Shown piece after piece: positions 1-12,365 of a DNA stretch of 45,478 nucleotides. Positions within the stretch are counted from its first letter, which is position 1; each line of letters opens with the position of its first letter. Position numbers and translations under genes: made by a program. The notes under the pieces were generated by a model. The model saw nothing but the letters and a program-made list of their open reading frames with translations, was not told the origin of the DNA and ran no database searches. Origin of the DNA: Octopus bimaculoides (Eukaryota); the NCBI RefSeq assembly GCF_001194135.2, contig NC_068981.1, positions 153,850,280 through 153,895,757 on the forward strand, in the 5' to 3' direction.

Positions 1-18
1 ATAAAAGACACCATTTCG

Positions 19-234
19 AGCGTGGCCGTTTTCGTGCGGGTGACACGTAAAAGCACCCACTACACTCTCTGAGTGGTTGGCGTTAGGAAGGGCATCCAGC
101 TGTAGAAACTCTGCCAAATTAGACTGGAGCCTGGTGTTGCCATCCGGTTTCACCAGTCCTCAGTCAAATCGTCCAACCCATGCTAGCATGGAAAGCGGAC
201 GTTAAACGATGATGATGATGATGTTGATGATGAT
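19..234 (+). mobile_element. RTE-type LINE/SINE 3' tail with (GAT)n end (family A)
   Basis: Near-identical to 14232-14420 (gtaaaagcacccactacactctc...ggaagggcatccagctgtagaaa...catggaaagcggacgttaaacgatgatg); ends in GAT repeats. Confidence 0.8.
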
Positions 235-294
235 TAACAATGCGTAATACAATGACTCATATATGACGGCAGAGGCAGATATCAATGCACAAAT

Positions 295-334
<40 letters not shown>

Positions 335-341
335 GTAAATC

Positions 342-655
342 TTTTATCTTTTTCTTGTTTCAGTTATTGGAGCACTGCCTTGAAGATTTAGTCAAACAAA
401 TCAACCTTAGTATATCTAAGTCTGGTGGGTTTTTTTACTTTGGCCAAACAGCTGAGTTATGGGGATGTAAAGAAACCTACATCAGTTGTCAAAAGCACAG
501 AGAGAGAGAGAGAGAGAGAGAAGCTTCCACACAAATTTCATCTACCAAATGCACTCACAATGCATTGGTCAACCCATGGATATAGTAGAAGACACTTGCC
601 CAAGGTGGCTGCATAGTAGGACTGAACCTGAAACCACATGGACCCCAGAGCCATG
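342..655 (-). mobile_element. Composite tRNA-head SINE (head C + tail D)
   Basis: Reverse complement matches 1600-1758 (head) and 22690-22900 (tail ending ...actgaaacaag). Confidence 0.7.
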
Positions 656-1519
656 CATATCCACACACACAGACACATATGAATGCATAAGGTAGAACAG
701 AAAGAACACAACAAACAGAAACCATCAAAACATAACATGCGGAAAAAAGCATGATAGCACAACAATGGCAAACAGGACAAAACAAGATACAGTCGGAGTC
801 CAGAATGTTTTTGTAGTTTCGCCCCCACTTATCTCCGATACTACTCGAAAATGGCTGTGCCAAGGACTTAAGCTAAAAGCATTAAGCCTCTGGGAAAGGC
901 AAATGAATGCACATATACTAAAACAAATAAGTAAACAACAGAAAGGGTCTTTCGACTACCAGATGAACATAACATATGGAATAGAATTATACATATACAA
1001 TGGACAAACGCCTTTTGGCTACACAAGGAAAGGAAAATAATTACACAATTACAACAAATTTAAAACAAAACAAACAGGGTCTTTCAACTATCAGATGAGT
1101 ACAGTAAGCTAGTGCAAGGAAAATGGAAAAATCTTTTTCAGGCCAGGCGGCAGAACAGAACAGAACAAACATGACCAGCCTCAAAGGTGGCCGGCCAAAA
1201 AATGACAACAACGCCTGAACCGGACAGCGATCAAGTGGTAGGGGAGGAGAGGATTTGAAGAGGGCAGAGGGACTAAGGAATAGGAGAGAGAGGAACAAAC
1301 ACTTAAATAAATACACACCTGGCTGAAGTCAAATTCCAAAAACAATATTTTCTGATTGAGAAAACATCTTCAAAATAAATCAGAAACATATTTCCGTTAT
1401 TATCAGTTTTGCCATATATCTTTTGGTTAGTTTGCTACTGCTTTTCATGTATACCATCCTAAATTTAAATGCACATTACGCATCTTCACCATACATAGAG
1501 AAATAGGTTTAAAACAATA

Positions 1520-1592
1520 CATACACACACGCACACGCACACACACACACACACACATATGCACACACGCACACACGCACACACACACACAC
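1520..1592. repeat. (CA)n/CACG microsatellite
   Basis: Direct reading. Confidence 0.95.
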
Positions 1593-1758
1593 AGGCATAG
1601 GCGTGGCTGTGTGGTAAGAAGCTTGCTTCCCAACCACATAGTTTCAGGTTCAGTCCCACTGTGTGGCACCTTGGACACAAGTGTCTTCTACTATAGTTTT
1701 GGGCCAACCAAAGCCTTGTGAGTAGGTTTGGTAAACAAAAACTGAATGAAACCCATCT
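1593..1758 (+). mobile_element. tRNA-derived SINE head family C
   Basis: A-box-like tggctgtgtgg and B-box-like ggttcagtccc; more than 10 related copies in the window. Confidence 0.8.
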
Positions 1759-1814
1759 TTGACAAACAAGTAAAGCACATATATTGAATATGTGTGTCAA
1801 TAATATGTATATAT

Positions 1815-2070
1815 TGTGAGATCGTGGGTTCAATTCCCAGACCAGGCATTGCATTGTGTTCTTGAGCAAAGCACTTCATTTCATATTGCTCTGCAATCAT
1901 TTCAACATCTGACATGTGACATCCATTGCACCTGTACAGGTAATGTCGATCTGATGGAGGGAGTGAGTTTATGTCTACACAAACATTTGATCACTATAAA
2001 CAAATCATGTGTGGTTGTTGGGTAAGAAATTGTCAAACCCTCATACGTCATCTAACGACAGGAGAATCCA

Positions 2071-2072
<2 letters not shown>
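1815..2072 (+). mobile_element. tRNA-derived SINE family F (partial head + body)
   Basis: B-box ggttcaattccc, then cttgagcaaagcacttcatttc; matches the reverse complement of 15860-16105 and the start of 29093-29255. Confidence 0.7.
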
Positions 2073-2119
<47 letters not shown>

Positions 2120-2215
2120 NNNNNNNNNNNNNNNNNNNNNNNNNNNNNNNNNNNNNNNNNNNNNNNNNNNNNNNNNNNNNNNNNNNNNNNNNNNNNNNNN
2201 NGTGTGTGTGCGTGC

Positions 2216-2258
<43 letters not shown>
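2073..2258. repeat. (GT)n / N-gap 2120-2201 / (TA)n
   Basis: Microsatellites flank an 82-N gap. Confidence 0.95.
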
Positions 2259-2261
<3 letters not shown>

Positions 2262-3059
2262 GTAAGTACTTGCCAACATTTTTTATCAAAGAATTTAACA
2301 AGAAAAAAGTTTGGAGAATATGAAATAAAAACCAAACTGCTGTAAAAACAAACCACAAAAAAGGAACACTACATCATTAAAATACTACAGCAAGTATTCT
2401 TTATAATTATTTGTTCTGAGATCATGGAATTGGAGCAAACAATAAGTAAATAGACTTAAATTTAAATTCTTATTGGCATCAATCTTGTCTTTTACTCTAT
2501 CAGGGGTAATATAAAACAAAAACTATTAATAAACAAGGGATGAATTGAATTGACTAATGTACATCACAAACAAATAAAAAAATATTGTCTAAAAGAGAAA
2601 TTGGTATAATTGTTATATCACTATTAGAAATTATAAATAACCATTAATGGCTTTCTTTCCAGAAGATAACTTCGTTGCAGCCTTAACTTAAAATTTTATA
2701 TCTTTAAAATAAAGTTTCCTCCACTCCCATGATTCTGAATAAAAAAAACAAGTGAAGACCTTCCCAGTCATAGTTGCAAATCAAAGTTAAATTTTACAGC
2801 AAAAAAAAAAAAAAATTGATGAATAAATAAGAAAATAACCTTATGGTAGGTAAAGAATTTCTTGCATTTTTTTTTAATTACTAAGAAGTGAAACAACTCT
2901 ATGTGTAACCAATGCTGTGTTACTTTGCCAACTTAATGAAAACTAGGAATGCAGCCAATAATCATAGTGTTCAGTATGGTTTTGCAATGAAGAGAAGTTC
3001 AAAGAATTTTTAACAGGCTTTGTTACATACAGGCCTTCATTAAATCAATTAATACCTTG

Positions 3060-3890
3060 ACAAGATCCATATTCTGCTCATAGAGAGCAGTGCCCTCTCC
3101 AAATGGAGCTGCTCAGACACCCATGCAGCAACAGAATCCTACCGCTGTCTTGGGCAACAAGGAGACGACTTTATAAGGAGGCGACTTGCACCTACATGCA
3201 AGTCACTGACTACATGCTTCCAACCCGTCAGGTCTGCATGCTTCACCACCAACCTACTGCTGCAGGACTTCCAAATAAAAAAAAATATACTAAAAATATA
3301 TAAATATTTACTAAAAGTGAAGATACATATATACTAAAAATAAGATAAATATACATAGGGGGAAAAAATGCACATAACGAGCAGAGGTCAGCAATGCCTG
3401 TGCAGAGTTTTAGGTTCAATAAGGCTTGCATGACACCACATAGACCCTCTCCACTTTATTGACATTAACCAGAGACAAGCAAGAGAAAGATGTCTGGTGC
3501 GAATATGAGTTGCAGGCTCAGGTATATGGAAGCGCCGTGATCTCTAGCACAAACCAAAGGTCCCCAAAATGTCCAATACCATTCCCTGCATATCTGGTTT
3601 TATATCAGAGTGACCTTCTCTTAGAGACATGCTTCAACAGCAGCTGACAGGTGCCTCACTCCCAGTGGTCTTTCAGCACGCTAGACACCATCCCGGAATT
3701 TCTGCGTACCCATGCTAATGCTAGATAGCCGTTGAGCCTGCACTAGGTTCATCCGACCTTTCCACAGGTCTTGTTTTTAATCCTGCTGGGTTTCTAGCAA
3801 TCCTCCTCACCAGGATAGCCTGGTGGGGGTGCCAGTTTAGTCGCCAGCAACCCAACCATACAACATGTTGCACTGGATCACATTACCAGT
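3060..3890 (-). mobile_element. Probable 5' region (UTR) of an RTE-clade LINE, interrupted by AT-rich 3275-3420
   Basis: GC-richer island with minus-strand motifs gactaaactggcacccc, caccagg-ctat-cctggtg hairpin, tctaagagaagg..ctctgat, gttgctgcatgg..gagcagc..gcactgctc, recalled from RTE 5' regions. No ORF recognised. Confidence 0.5.
3832..3887 (-). ncRNA. Degenerate HDV-like ribozyme fold
   Basis: Minus strand GGTAAT gtgat CCAGT GCA acatgt TGT ATGGTT GG g TTG ctgg CGA CTAA ACTGG follows the P1-P2-P3-L3-P3'-P1'-P1.1-P4-J4/2-P2' order. P2 is perfect; P1 is weak. Confidence 0.4.
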
Positions 3891-3923
3891 AGCACTTATG
3901 GGAGCCTCATAAGTGACCTGACA

Positions 3924-4204
3924 TGTATACATACACACACACATACCTACATACATACACACACACACACACGCACATACATACACAAACACATAAACAC
4001 ACACGCGTACATACACACTCACATACATACACACATACATACATACACACATATACATACACACACATACACACACACACACATACATACACACATACAT
4101 ACACACACACATACACACACACATACACACATACATACACACACACATACATACACACACACATACATACACACACACATACATACATACACACACACAC
4201 ACAT
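3924..4204. repeat. Compound (CA)n/(CATA)n microsatellite
   Basis: Direct reading; source of the HT/VC-repeat ORFs. Confidence 0.95.
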
Positions 4205-5794
4205 AAAGAGGTTCTCAAAGAACATAGAATCTAAGTGATATGAATTGCATATTTGGTGAGTAATAATACATAGCAACGAAGATAGAAACTTAAACAAAGT
4301 TTTAAGGAGGGGAAGGTAGTAATTAAAGAGTGCCATACAAAATGAGAGAAGAAGATTAAAACAAATGAACTAAGAGAGCACCTGAATTTGAAGTGTTGTT
4401 TTCAAACGAGGAAACTGAAATAACATGTCAATGTTTGGAGCATATAACAAGATAATTGGATGAGCAAACTGCTGAGGCTGATGATAGATGATATCCAAAG
4501 TAAAGATTAACTGAAGAAAATATGAAATGTTAAAAGAGAAATGTAAAAAACAAAAAGTGTAAAGCAGGATTAGCAAAAAAAAAAATTTAAGATGGAACAA
4601 ATGAGAGAGAAAAAGACAACTGCTGGAACACATCCAGCAAACTGATGTATAAATAAGGATGATAACAAAGAAAAAAGGGTTATTTTAAACAAGAAGCCAT
4701 TTTTTTCCCATTTGTATTTTCTTTCAAAAATATTAACTGTTAGTTGTTATTGAGCAACCAGTCAGTCTATATTTATGATTCTATAAGGCATCATTTTATT
4801 TATTTGTTACTTTTGTCAGGGTCTGTTACCTTTGAAAGGGTTATGGTTCTTTCAAAGTGTGTCAATAACCCTTTAAGGGCCTCTGAGGAGGAGGAAAGGG
4901 GCAAGTTATCCTCAAATCAGAGACTTGGCCTAGTGTTTGAGAGTGAACTCCACCAAAGGCACTCATGGATCAAACGATGGTGGTGTTAAACCAAGACAAC
5001 AGATAAACTCAAGCACCCAAAACTTCAGAACACAGAGAATCAGAACAAGGTATTTCATCCAACACTAACAAGTCTACCAGCCCACTGCTCTATACAGGCA
5101 TTTTATTTATTAAACCCCAAAGCATATGGAGCACTAGAACAAATGTTCTATAAATGCTAGCAAGTCATTGCTATAAAACTGACAAAAATTGGTTTTGTAA
5201 CTTTTTCTATAAATATCATGAAACCATATTCCCGAAAATGGAAAATATATTATTAGCTATTTTCAGTAATGACTGTTTAATTATTTCACAATATATTTTT
5301 TGCTTTATATTTATTAATAAATATGAAATGTGTAATGTTTTATTAATCATCCTAACAGTGGAGGCTGAAAACTGCTGACAATATTCTGTGATATAATGGA
5401 GATTTAGTCAAATAACTCATTCACAATATTACTGGATAATATTAGGCTCCAATTCTTTGTCCCTGCACTCATCAGCTGACGAATCTGTCAGAGAAAAAAT
5501 AAGTAATGAATTTTTATCATTTTCCTCATAGCTTAGCTAGAGGTAAAATAGCAACACCAATGCGCTTTTACTGGTCCTCTGAGAGTGGATATAAAAAGAA
5601 GAATCTATCCTCAGAATGGATATGTGGTCAAAATACTTTCCACAGAATGCATTCAATTAATGTTAGCCTAAGGTATTTTTAGTGGAGTTTAAAACAGAGC
5701 AATAGATAAGGTGTACTATCCAAGAACAGGTTGAAACAAGCTTCTACAATTTTTGTTTACTTACTTTCACTCCCAAGTATTGGGTCAAATGGAG

Positions 5795-5950
5795 GCAAGA
5801 TGTCATATAGTGGGGATGGAGTAACATGCCATATAGTAGGATGAAGCAAGATGCCATATAGTGGGGTTGAATCCCGAGCTATATGACAGAAGTAAATTTC
5901 TTAAACCTATGATAGCAAATCAAACTTCTTAACCACATTGCTATACCTAT
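5795..5950 (-). mobile_element. Degenerate family C SINE head with triplicated ~26-nt segment
   Basis: Three units gcaagatg(t/c)catatagt(g/a)ggg.. at 5795, 5821 and 5846 resemble caaggtgccacgcagtgggactgaaccc. Confidence 0.55.
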
Positions 5951-7644
5951 TATTAGCCAGCTTATGAACACAGATTTGCTAAAATACTTTTCCAATAAGA
6001 CATGGATAATAACAGGCCAAGTATAAAGTTTGATTTGTGAGAAGAGAGTAATCCCCTGTCTAGATTAAGATAGGCAGTTCCCAGAAATCAGCTTAAACAA
6101 CAAAGTTCTTATGTCAAAATTCAGTTAGAAAATATTTATTAAAAGAAATAGACATAAATTAAGTTAATCTTTTTCATGTAAACCATGCTTCAGGAATCCA
6201 TTTTACAAAGTGAAATTAATACTATTGATAAACAAAAAGCTTCAACATTTGTTGTAATTACTTTACATACAATTTTCAGTAATATGAAAGAAACTAAACA
6301 AATCCACTCTCTTCTCTGTAGGAACTTAACAGTTGTAAGAAAAAGAGAATTTGATACAATTTAAGAACATATAAATAAAAAAGAAAAGATCCTTGATCAG
6401 CCATCATTATTATTTTATTGTCAAGCAAAGACCATAAGAAAACGATAAAGAGGGTCTTAAAATATCCAAGTACTTAAGATCACTTTTCATCCTATGATAC
6501 AAAGCTCTCCAACCTTTCACAATTTTTATCTAAGAACATGTGGAAGAGGTTTCAAACACTAAATAATAATGGGAAAGTTAGTTACTTGACTCAACCCATC
6601 CAAATTCTTGATTATATTCAAAATTGATTGAAACACATGGATTAGAATTATGGTCACTATTGGAATTAAACTGACCTGGCTGTCAAATAAGGAAGAAATG
6701 TCATGATCTGTCAAAACACACAGCTGAGGGATGCACACACTGAGTATGAGCTAGGGTTAATACAATTTCAAACCATGCAATGACAAGTGAATTTCATTAC
6801 AGACATGTATGGTAATAATCAGCCTGAGGTATGAACAAGAAAAGCTAAGTTCAAGTCCCATAGGATGCTCAGGTTTCTTTTTATCCTTATACTCTTATGT
6901 ATCATTTAAATGTAAACATGTATTTAACATTCTATTGGCAGCTAAACATCAATAAATTCAACTAAAAAAAATTCTTTTTAATTTAATTCAGCTAAATTTG
7001 GAGACTTTTCCATTTTAAGTTCTGTCCTCTCTTGAGACAAAACGAATTAATACCTACTTCTCACTCTACACCACCAAAAAAAAAAAAAAAAAGACCTATT
7101 GGGTATTTTCCACAGCCATAAGGTCCCAAATTCCCATTACAGTAATAAAAGATAACCAACTTAGGAATTTTCAAAAACAAGACAACAAACGAAAGAAACA
7201 AATCATATTAAAAAGGTGACAGAAATTATGTCTCGTGGATGTAATTACAGATGTGTACTTGAAGAAGTTTGCTTTGCAATTACTGTGCAACACCATAGAC
7301 AAATGTTTTCTACTATTGCCTCAGATGGACCAAAGTCTTATGACAGAAACTTGGTGAATGAAAACTGTACAGAAGCCTACCAGATGGACCATTCCTGTTC
7401 TTGGGTAACAGACTTTAATCCATCACCGTTAAAACACTATCGCTTGACCATTGATTGCCTTTTGATAAGCCCACACTGGTTTAAGAATTCAGACCATGTC
7501 TCCTGTCTGAGGATGACTTCCTCTATTCCACCCACCAGTCTTCAAGTCCCTAAAAAGAGTTATAAGCACTGACCTTCCTCCTTTTATTATGCCATAAAAA
7601 TATTTAAAACAGCTTCTTAATTGGGAAAAAACAAATCCTATTTT

Positions 7645-8000
7645 TGTGCTTATGCCGCTCACATTGGAACCACATGGCTTTGGGTTTAGTCCCATTGCAT
7701 AGCACCTCCGGCAAGTATTTTCTACTTTAGCCCCAGGTCAACCAATGTTTTGTGAGTCAATTTGGTAGATGGAAACTGTGAAGAAGCACGTGTGTGTGTG
7801 TGTGTGTTTGTCCCTTACTCACCATCTGATCACTAGTGTTGGTTTGTTTATGTCCTTGTAACTGAGCAGTTCAGCAAAAGAAAAAAAATGGAATAGGTAC
7901 CAGACTTAAAAATAAACACTGCGGTCAATTCATTTGACTAAAAACCCTCAAAATGGTGCCTCAGCATGGCTACAGTCCAATGGCTGAAACAAATAAAAAA
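7645..8000 (+). mobile_element. Composite SINE (head C, (GT)n, tail D)
   Basis: Collinear with 22518-22900. Confidence 0.75.
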
Positions 8001-8959
8001 AAATTAACAACTACTCAAAAATAAATAAGGCCTTTTTCCTTTTTTCCTAAATTTATTTTCTTCCATTCTTCCAAATAATTTTAAAATTCTTTAAAGCTTG
8101 AAACTTTACAAACTCCAAATTAAGTAGATTCTAAATGTTAGAGCTAAAAGCAAGGCTTCATAACTACCTAATTAACTAACCAAAGAGAAAATAACCCAAT
8201 GATTCTAATTATATATGCTGTATAATTAAAACAGAATTAAAACAGATGGTAATTTATACAACTTCCATAAGTAGGTTGAACTAATTATATAAACATAGCA
8301 TTGTGTAACTGTGGATCAGTTTTCAACAAATTTATCACACAATTCAAGTAAAATTTTCAGAATAAAACATCACATTTTGTCTATGAAAACTTTAATATTA
8401 ATTACATTTCAATATTTTGAAGATACGAAATTACTTAACATATAAATTATCAGTTGAAATATTAAACTCAATTTTTTATGTTTATTTTTGTTTTTTGATT
8501 GTTTTTCTGATATATCATTTCAAGCAGCAAAACCTCTGATCAGGGCCAATGCAGTCCTATAATGTGAACTCTTTCTCTTCTTTCTACAATGAGCATCCTC
8601 TTCTTCCAGTCTTAAAATATCCCTCCTACTTCTCCCAACCCTACACTGTGCGCCCCTTTCAACAATTTTTTTCTTCCAATTCCTTCAAGCATTGCCCTCT
8701 TTGCACAAGTTAAAGAATGCAGCTGGACAATTATGATTAACTTGCATGCAAGAAATCTTTAGTATTGTTAACATGCATGTCACTGGATAAATCTGATATC
8801 TTGTGAAATTTCAAATACTTGATGCTAAATCATGTGACAGAGTCTAACACTACATGACACTCATCTATCCCACTCCAACCCTGTCCTCCATACTCTTCTG
8901 TTCCAGAAATGACCTTTCCTGCTTTTTCTTTTTTGTTGTTGTTTTTTGTTTTTTTTCTC

Positions 8960-10150
8960 TCACACATTGCTTAAGATCCAAGATACTTCAGTTTGTTGGT
9001 CTTCACATCACTGGACATTGGCAAACTTCTTATCTGCTTCTCCCTTGGCTATGTATACCTGTCACCCGACCTCCCTCCTGGCTATCTGGTACAGTTCCCT
9101 GCTACCCCAACTCTTCCAGGATTTCCAGGCCTGTTTCCTTGCTCTAATGACTTTGTCTACCATATTATTCCACCACCACGTTACTCTAGGTCTGGAAGGG
9201 ACTTTGCACCATCCGCAGACTTGATCTGTGGCACTTAGTAAGCTGTCCCGGAGGAATTTCCAGCTACCCTCTATATCTGAGGTTTATAGCTCCTCCTCCC
9301 TCTCCTCAAATTTCTTGATAGGAAGTCCCTAAATTTCTGACCATGTGAAAGGTTCTTTAGCTTCCAAATCCTTTGTTTCTGGATTGGTTTGCTTCTTGGC
9401 ATCCTTCTGGCCTTGAGTCTAAAGTCACTAATGACTAATCTATGCTGGGGGGTACATTCTTCACCCGGGAGGGTCTTTGTATTTAAGAGCAACCCTGCGT
9501 TCTGCTGTCTGGTGAGGATGAAATCAATCTGGCTAGCAGAGTCACCTGATTGATAGGTTATCAGGTGGCTGTCTGGCTTCCTGAAGTTAGTATTGCAGAT
9601 TAAAAGGTTACATGCATCACAGAGCTCCAGTAGCCTAGTTACCTCTTCGTTTCAGGAACCAATACCATGGCCCCCATGTATACCAGTGAATATACCAGAT
9701 TGTTGTCCAATATGCCCATTAAAATCTCCAGCCACAAAGATGAGGTCATTGCCACTCGTCTTTGAGGTGGCCTGAAGGAGGATATCATAAAAATGGCTTT
9801 TCTGATCATTTGGTAGGCCTGCTTGTGGGGCATAGGCAGAGATAATTGTAGCTGTACTGTTCTGCAGGACAAGCCTGAGCTTAAGCACTCTATCGCATAC
9901 CCTGACAACCTCTACGACCTTATCCACCCATTTCTTTGCAAGGAGTATGGCTACACCCCCTACTCCATCCATGTTACCTTGCCAGAAGATTTTGTACCTA
10001 TGTGCCTTGCCTGTGAGGACCCTAGCTGAAGCTCCTCTCCATCTTACCTCTTGTATGCAGCATACATCAACACGTCTCCTTTCAAGCATCTCTACAATCT
10101 CACTAGGCCTGCCTTTCAGTGTGCCTACATTGATAATATCAACTCTGAAA
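8960..10150 (-). pseudogene. RTE-clade LINE ORF fragment: APE-type endonuclease + linker, no RT
   Basis: Motifs INVGTL, CCIQEVRW, SAYAPQ, AGDFNGH, SQIDFIL, PQHRLV, then linker RVTWWWNNMVDKVIRARKQAWK. Stop at 9652-9654, frameshifts near 9605 and 9300, further stops downstream. Confidence 0.9.
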
Positions 10151-11591
10151 ACTGAGAAAGGAATGTGGGGAGAGGCTTGGGAAGGAGAGATGTTATTCAG
10201 CGCCAGAAAAGAAAGGACTTATTTGGCGGAAATAAGGACAGAATGACACTGAATATCTCGTGACAAACTTGTCAATGGAAACATATACTGAAACGTCATA
10301 GAAGAATAGTTATTTCCTAGAACATAGGAAAACAGCTCTTTAAAAGAGCTAACAGAGATGAGAGACAATAAAATGAAACCTAATTTTAGAGAATTGAATA
10401 ACTCAATTAGAATGAAAGTATTTTTTTTTCTTTTGCTATTTTATCTTGAGAGGCCTTTTCCTATATTCTGTTCAAATATTTAGTGATGTTCAAATGTCAA
10501 GCTACATGGAAATTTATATTTCTTTTTCTTTTAGAGACTTAATGCAAGCTAATGGTTTAAAAAATTTTTAAACATAAAATACTTATGTGAGTTCTTTTTA
10601 GATTTTTTTTTTTTTTTTTTTTTTGCCTCCTTTCAGAATTCTTAACCCCATTCTTTTAACTATGTTATGGCTTAATATTTCACTTCACTTATACCCTTAA
10701 GAAAGCAAGAATATATCAGAATCTCCCTTTCTTCACCCACCACATCATCTATAAGTTTGGAAATTCGTACCTAACATAAGCTAGAGACCACAAATGTTGA
10801 GGGAGTGTGTAGTGAATTATATCAGATTAGTAAAAAACTAGTACTTATTTTAATAAGCCGAAACAAATATAAAGTACAGATGACAGTAGAGGGACTCAAA
10901 CTCCGAAGTTAAACGTGTACAAATGATTGATAAAGAAGGTAACAGTAAAACTCATGTTTTGAAATCAATGTCTGAACAGAGACAATAAAAAAGACTTAAA
11001 GCTAAATACCAATTAAAGACAAATTTACTGAGGCAAAAAGCAACTATATTTATTATAGACAAAACTTACTGAAGGAAGATCATTCTAATTAAGATTGGTA
11101 GTAGTTCAGCAAAAGAGTTGACCTTTACGTAATAGTTCCAAATTGGACAATATATGATACAGGAATAAAGATCTGAATATTTTGAAATAAAATAGTGAAA
11201 TGACTGATTAGTTGAACTTAGTAGCCAACGTTCTTAATCTAACCAACTTAACATAAGAATATGATTTGCTAAAGAGATCTACTAAGATGGAGAAAACCAG
11301 TGAAACATGTCTGTTGCTTTCACCAAATGGCTTAAAATCTACTCCAATTTCTATTGTCAATATATTGTCCAAAAATTTAATCAACTGAACTTATTAGAAT
11401 TAACTCACATTTTTACTGTTTTTTCTTTTCTTCTTTTTGGGGGGGGGGGAGAACAACTACAGGCTGAAATTTTGTCTACTAATCAGTCAGATAATCTCAG
11501 CTGACAATGTTTTCAACTTACTGTATTATATATGCAAAACCCTCTCATATTTGTATTTAGCATAGAGGGAGGCAAAGTGGCTGAATTCCTT

Positions 11592-11880
11592 TTGAGTGTT
11601 GGGCCTCACGGAGGCCAAGACCAAAACCTTTGGCATGCTTGAGAAGAAGACCAGTGTTATGCAAATGGCACCTGTGCCGGTGGCATGCAAAAGCACCCAT
11701 TACACTCTCAGAGTGGTTGGTGTTAGGAAGGGCATCCAACTGTCGAAAACCATGCCAAATCAGACTGGAGCCTGGCACAGCCTTCCAGCATACCAGCCCA
11801 GTCAAACCATCCAACCCATGCCAGCATGGACAACGGACATTAAACGATGATCATCATTATCATAATGATGATGATGATGA
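11592..11880 (+). mobile_element. 5'-truncated RTE 3' end (ORF2 C-terminal remnant + family A tail)
   Basis: LGLTEA..LEK-like remnant aligns with the 21172 and 45039 remnants, followed by the family A tail and (GAT)n. Confidence 0.75.
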
Positions 11881-12224
11881 ATGCACTCTTTAGATATTTT
11901 CCTTCAGCCACATTAATGGATAATAATAATTAGCTTGCCAACTATCTTAAAATTGAAATTGCCTAGTTAAGAAAACATTTGGCAGTCAAATGACATACGT
12001 CTAAGTCTCTTAAATGGCTCTTTTACTATTGGTGACATTGACATCATAATTATTGAAAGGAAAAGGGAAATGAGTTCTCTGAAAAAGAATATTTCTGCAA
12101 TCAATCATCCCATCAGCCCTTGATTTTAAAAAAAATGATAAATAGGGTCTCCTCTCGCCACAATATCAAGCAGGTTGAGTAACCACACAGGTGCTCTCTT
12201 GTTGGCTTGACATAATTATTGTGG

Positions 12225-12365
12225 ATATTGTCCAGCCCAAGGTCAACCTTGATCTCAAGCACATTTCAGCCATGACTCTACCCATGGGACTGAACTGAAT
12301 AAACACCAAATTTGTCCTTCCATTTTTAAGGCAGTAAAGTGTCATTTGCAGAATATTTGGTTGTT
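12225..12365 (+). mobile_element. Dispersed repeat family G (SINE-like, unclassified)
   Basis: caaggtcaaccttgatc...catt.cagccatgac motif recurs at 21083, 37690, 38150, 39030, 43755 (+) and 28860, 34450, 40180 (-). Confidence 0.6.

Noticed and set aside
1600-1670. tRNA genes at SINE heads (also 29093, 32605)
   Set aside because: A/B boxes are present but there is no complete cloverleaf, and each continues into a repeated SINE body.
1445-4336. VC/HT/YI-rich ORFs (also 31434-32314, 38611-39087, 27709-27942)
   Set aside because: Translations of microsatellites.
4830-4857. Short hairpins (CTTTGAAAG/CTTTCAAAG; also 16949, 23932, 24312)
   Set aside because: Stems of 6-9 bp are expected by chance in AT-rich DNA; no coding context for terminators.
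5465-5500. CTGACGA/CTGATGA hammerhead cores on both strands
   Set aside because: No consistent helix I/III or properly placed GAAA-UH.
8540-8700. RTE C-terminus downstream of the endonuclease fragment
   Set aside because: The translation does not match the LTEA..W..AVLEK..QAK C-terminus seen three times elsewhere in the window.
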